Positions 60,801-64,000 of a DNA stretch of 64,000 bases are shown piece after piece (within the stretch, counting starts at the first letter, position 1; the number at the start of each line of letters is the position of its first letter). The notes beneath the pieces were generated by a model. It was not told the origin of the DNA. It was given only the letters and a program-made list of their open reading frames with translations, and did no database searches. Position numbers and translations under genes: made by a program. The DNA is from Azolla caroliniana (Eukaryota; Plantae; Polypodiophyta). The stretch spans positions 310,001-374,000 of the forward strand of contig JBHGNT010000004.1 of assembly GCA_043228905.1 (NCBI GenBank). The letters are read 5' to 3'.

Positions 60801-63800
60801 TATTTGCGAAAAACAATCCATACAAAAGCATGAAAATGCCAAATAGTAGTTAGTCAATCTACCTCTCTCTTGGATACCACATTGTGAAGATTGCTAGGAA
60901 ACCATAGAGAAAGAGACCCAACTAGAACCATGACCTTGTATTGATAACCTAATAGTTCACAACTATGGTAAGCTCGTTTGAGTAGAAAACATAAAAGAAA
61001 AAGCTAGTTGGGCGGTTGTTGAGAGGATTATGTCAATTGTGTTCGTAGATTGTGAGGTTGTTAGTTTGACATAACAATATGTCATGTAGTTCACTAGAAG
61101 TGATATACGGTGTAGAAGTATGCATTATGTAACAATAGAGAGAAAGAGAGAGAGGGAAATGTTTTGGTGTGCAACGTACCTATTTATTCAAGCCACCCTA
61201 GTGGATCCTTGCACATTGGCATTTATGTAGCATAAAAGTTCCAAAACCCCTTTAGAAGGCATTTCTTGTTACTTTTATGTCAAGCATCTTTAAAAGATCA
61301 AAACCACTGAAGAAACACAAGAACTAGTGGTTCCACACCTTTTGGCACCAAATGAGAAATAATAATTAGAAAAGGCCCAATCAATGGCGAACACAATGCC
61401 TCAACTTAATCGGCAAATATTCTTACAATAATAGCAAACAATGATGATCTCATTCTTTAGAAAAGTCACCCTAATATGCAAGTAACATCAATTGTTCATG
61501 TGTGCTAAGTTCTAACTATGTTATGGTTAGATGCATGAATTGAGTATCCTATAGCTTTCGTATTTCACACCTCAATTTAATACCTAAAAGCCATAAATGC
61601 AAATAGAGTTCGTGTGGAAGCATTACAGGTATTGTATTATATGAGGGCCGATCGAGAATATGATGCCAACATTTTGAAAAAAGTTTATAATAAAAGAAAA
61701 AGTTAGAATATTCAGCTTTTTAACATTCCCTTAAGCAAGTAATGTTATTGTTTTTAGTTAATAGGTCGCAAGAAGTGACAATTTGAACCTTAGTTTTTTG
61801 AAGAATTCAACAAGGATGCACGATTTTAAACATAAAGCTTGTTGATTGCTTGTAATTAGTGTCACACAATACTTGTGCTTGAGATTCGAACCCCAAGTCT
61901 TAGATGCACCACTACCATCATTTTTGTCCTTCATTTCATATTTAAAAAACCATTCAGCTGGAGATGACAACAAAAAAGCATATTAATATCATGAGAAATT
62001 TCTAGCATACTTTCTAATTAAAAAAAACTTGAATCCAAACCAATGATCTTGGAAAATATATGCTTTTTTGGTTAATGTATATAGTTGAGTGGATTCAAGT
62101 TTTGGCAAACAAAAATATTTTAAGCAAAGTCACTTCTCTATACTATCTTTATAAGTACGTTAATATAAATAAGTTGCGTGTGACAAAAACATGATGCCAT
62201 AACACTAAACTCTATAAATTACAAGTAGTTGGTCATAGAACATTAGATCTGATGTGAACCAAAAAACTATACAACGGAAAGCTCTTGATGGAAATGTATT
62301 ATATCAATACACAACTTACCGGAGCCATTTGCAAACATCTAAAATAACGTCAACATGTAATGTAATACCAAACACATCAAATAAAACGTTTTGTACTTGA
62401 ATATGTGCTTAATTTGTTAGTAGAGAACTATTCAATGTAAGGCAATGTAACTTTCCAAAATGTGGAATTTATGTCATCTTAAGTATGAGGACACAATATG
62501 CTCATTTATTGGCATGTTATTTGGCATCCATGCAACTTGTGATGTATTTTCAACAATGATAAATCACAAGAGAATCCTAAGTGATATATTTAAACAAGAA
62601 TGCGTTGACACCTACACAAGTGGAAATGAATTTTGCTCCTTAATAATAACAATGGTGTGTTGTCCATAGATCCTAGAATAAGACTCACGCAAAACATATG
62701 GCAACAAACTCAAGGTAAAGGTCCTCAAGGCTCAAGTTCCTGATATAAAGGAATTTCCAACATTCATGAGAGATGAAATGTAACCAAGGACAGTTGTTAA
62801 TGTGATGCAAAAACTGTATTGTATAGGACAAGCCCATGGTAGATGAAGGGTATTATCTATTGTTCTACAATGCCACCTTCTACAAGTAGCAAACACACTT
62901 TTCCCTTGATTGTGACAACACATCAACTCTCTCTAATTGTGGACTCAAATTTGTGTTTTGTAAAAAATGGTGGGTCATCGATACACTACTACATTGGGTG
63001 TGGCTTATGGTTTAGGGTGCTCTTTTGGAGGTTGATTTGTGCATTTCCTCTCTTTAACATTCAATTTGCTCATTGAGCCCCCATTATTTTCTCTGACCCT
63101 TCGTCTACTTCTCTCCAATTGGAGCATTTACACTCTCCAAGACCCAAAAAGTGTTCGCCAAGAAATGCCCATCAAATGCATTCTTGTCTTGAAACCTACT
63201 AATAAACCATTTTTGCATGTGTGGGATGTGAATTGAAACCCGCAAAACACTAGTAAGTATCTTTCATATACTTCCCAACAAAACAATTCTTTTCTTTTTT
63301 CTTTTTCCAAAAAAACTAAACAATTCTTCTTTCACTATTCAATTTTAGAGTATAAATTTCTTATTGCATAATAAGGAATGACACATATGGTCCATATATA
63401 CTTTTCTCCAATAGCACACAAATGTGTTTTAGACTAGTAAAGATGGTCATAGACGAAAAGTGGTTAGCTTCACTGTATATTGATATAAATGTGACATAAA
63501 CATGCACTTTAAAGCTTCTTTCAAACTAAACTTTGACATAGCATACTATACATTGAAGATTTAATTAAGGGGAGGATAGAAAGCGACAAATAATATAATT
63601 TTAATTTAAAGATCAAAATATTCATGATATAGAGATATTGAACAATGATCATAATTTTTTAATGCACTCGAGAGGCAACACATGATTTATAAGACCCAAA
63701 AAATTTACTACAAGAAAGTATCGAGAACATAGTTGATGGTTGGAAGCATATTCATTCATATGGTCATGAACTATTCATATATAGCTTAATGTGCATCTTA

Positions 63801-64000
63801 TCTTGATCTCCTCCTTAGAGCACAATGTTCAAAGTCATTTGCTCTAGTTAGTCCCTCCAAGAATCATTCAATTTCAGGATCATGAGGTCATGCATGAAAG
63901 ATGTTGATTTTCCCTTCTTTTGTTGAATGGCATGGGGACGAGAAGGTGTGGTTGGTTATGTCCCATCATCTCCTTGTAGGTGGTCCAACATCGTGGGTTT

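Noticed and set aside
61870-61920. Isolated B-box-like GGTTCGAATC on the minus strand
   Set aside because: No clear A-box spacing, tail or TSD; too weak to call a SINE
62640-63250. Possible decayed LINE C-terminal remnant
   Set aside because: Resemblance too faint to support without a profile search

Overview
AT-rich eukaryotic genomic DNA from a land plant. The microsatellite and TE landscape looks fern-like, but that is inference. It holds four spliced + strand genes: an ARI7/ARI8-clade ARIADNE RBR E3 ligase (1771-7678), a cyclic nucleotide-gated channel (19954-24812), an ARI1/ARI2-clade ARIADNE ligase ending in a DLNLP motif (31181-40580) and ribosomal protein L35a (54696-57448). Retroelements fill the intergenic space. 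They include an internally deleted Ty1/copia with a duplicated PPT, inserted into the protease motif of an older copia (9669-13479), two TSD-flanked solo LTRs and several LINE remnants. A nested stack at 42458-54472 runs old copia / gypsy / very young intact copia, with a SINE-LINE-SINE cluster inside the gypsy LTR that ends just upstream of RPL35a. The most unusual items are a SINE family carrying two convergent tRNA-like (A/B-box) modules, introns made of decayed ~60-bp tandem arrays, and a CNGC with altered S4, S6 and cNMP-binding residues. All calls are from manual reading, and no database searches were run.
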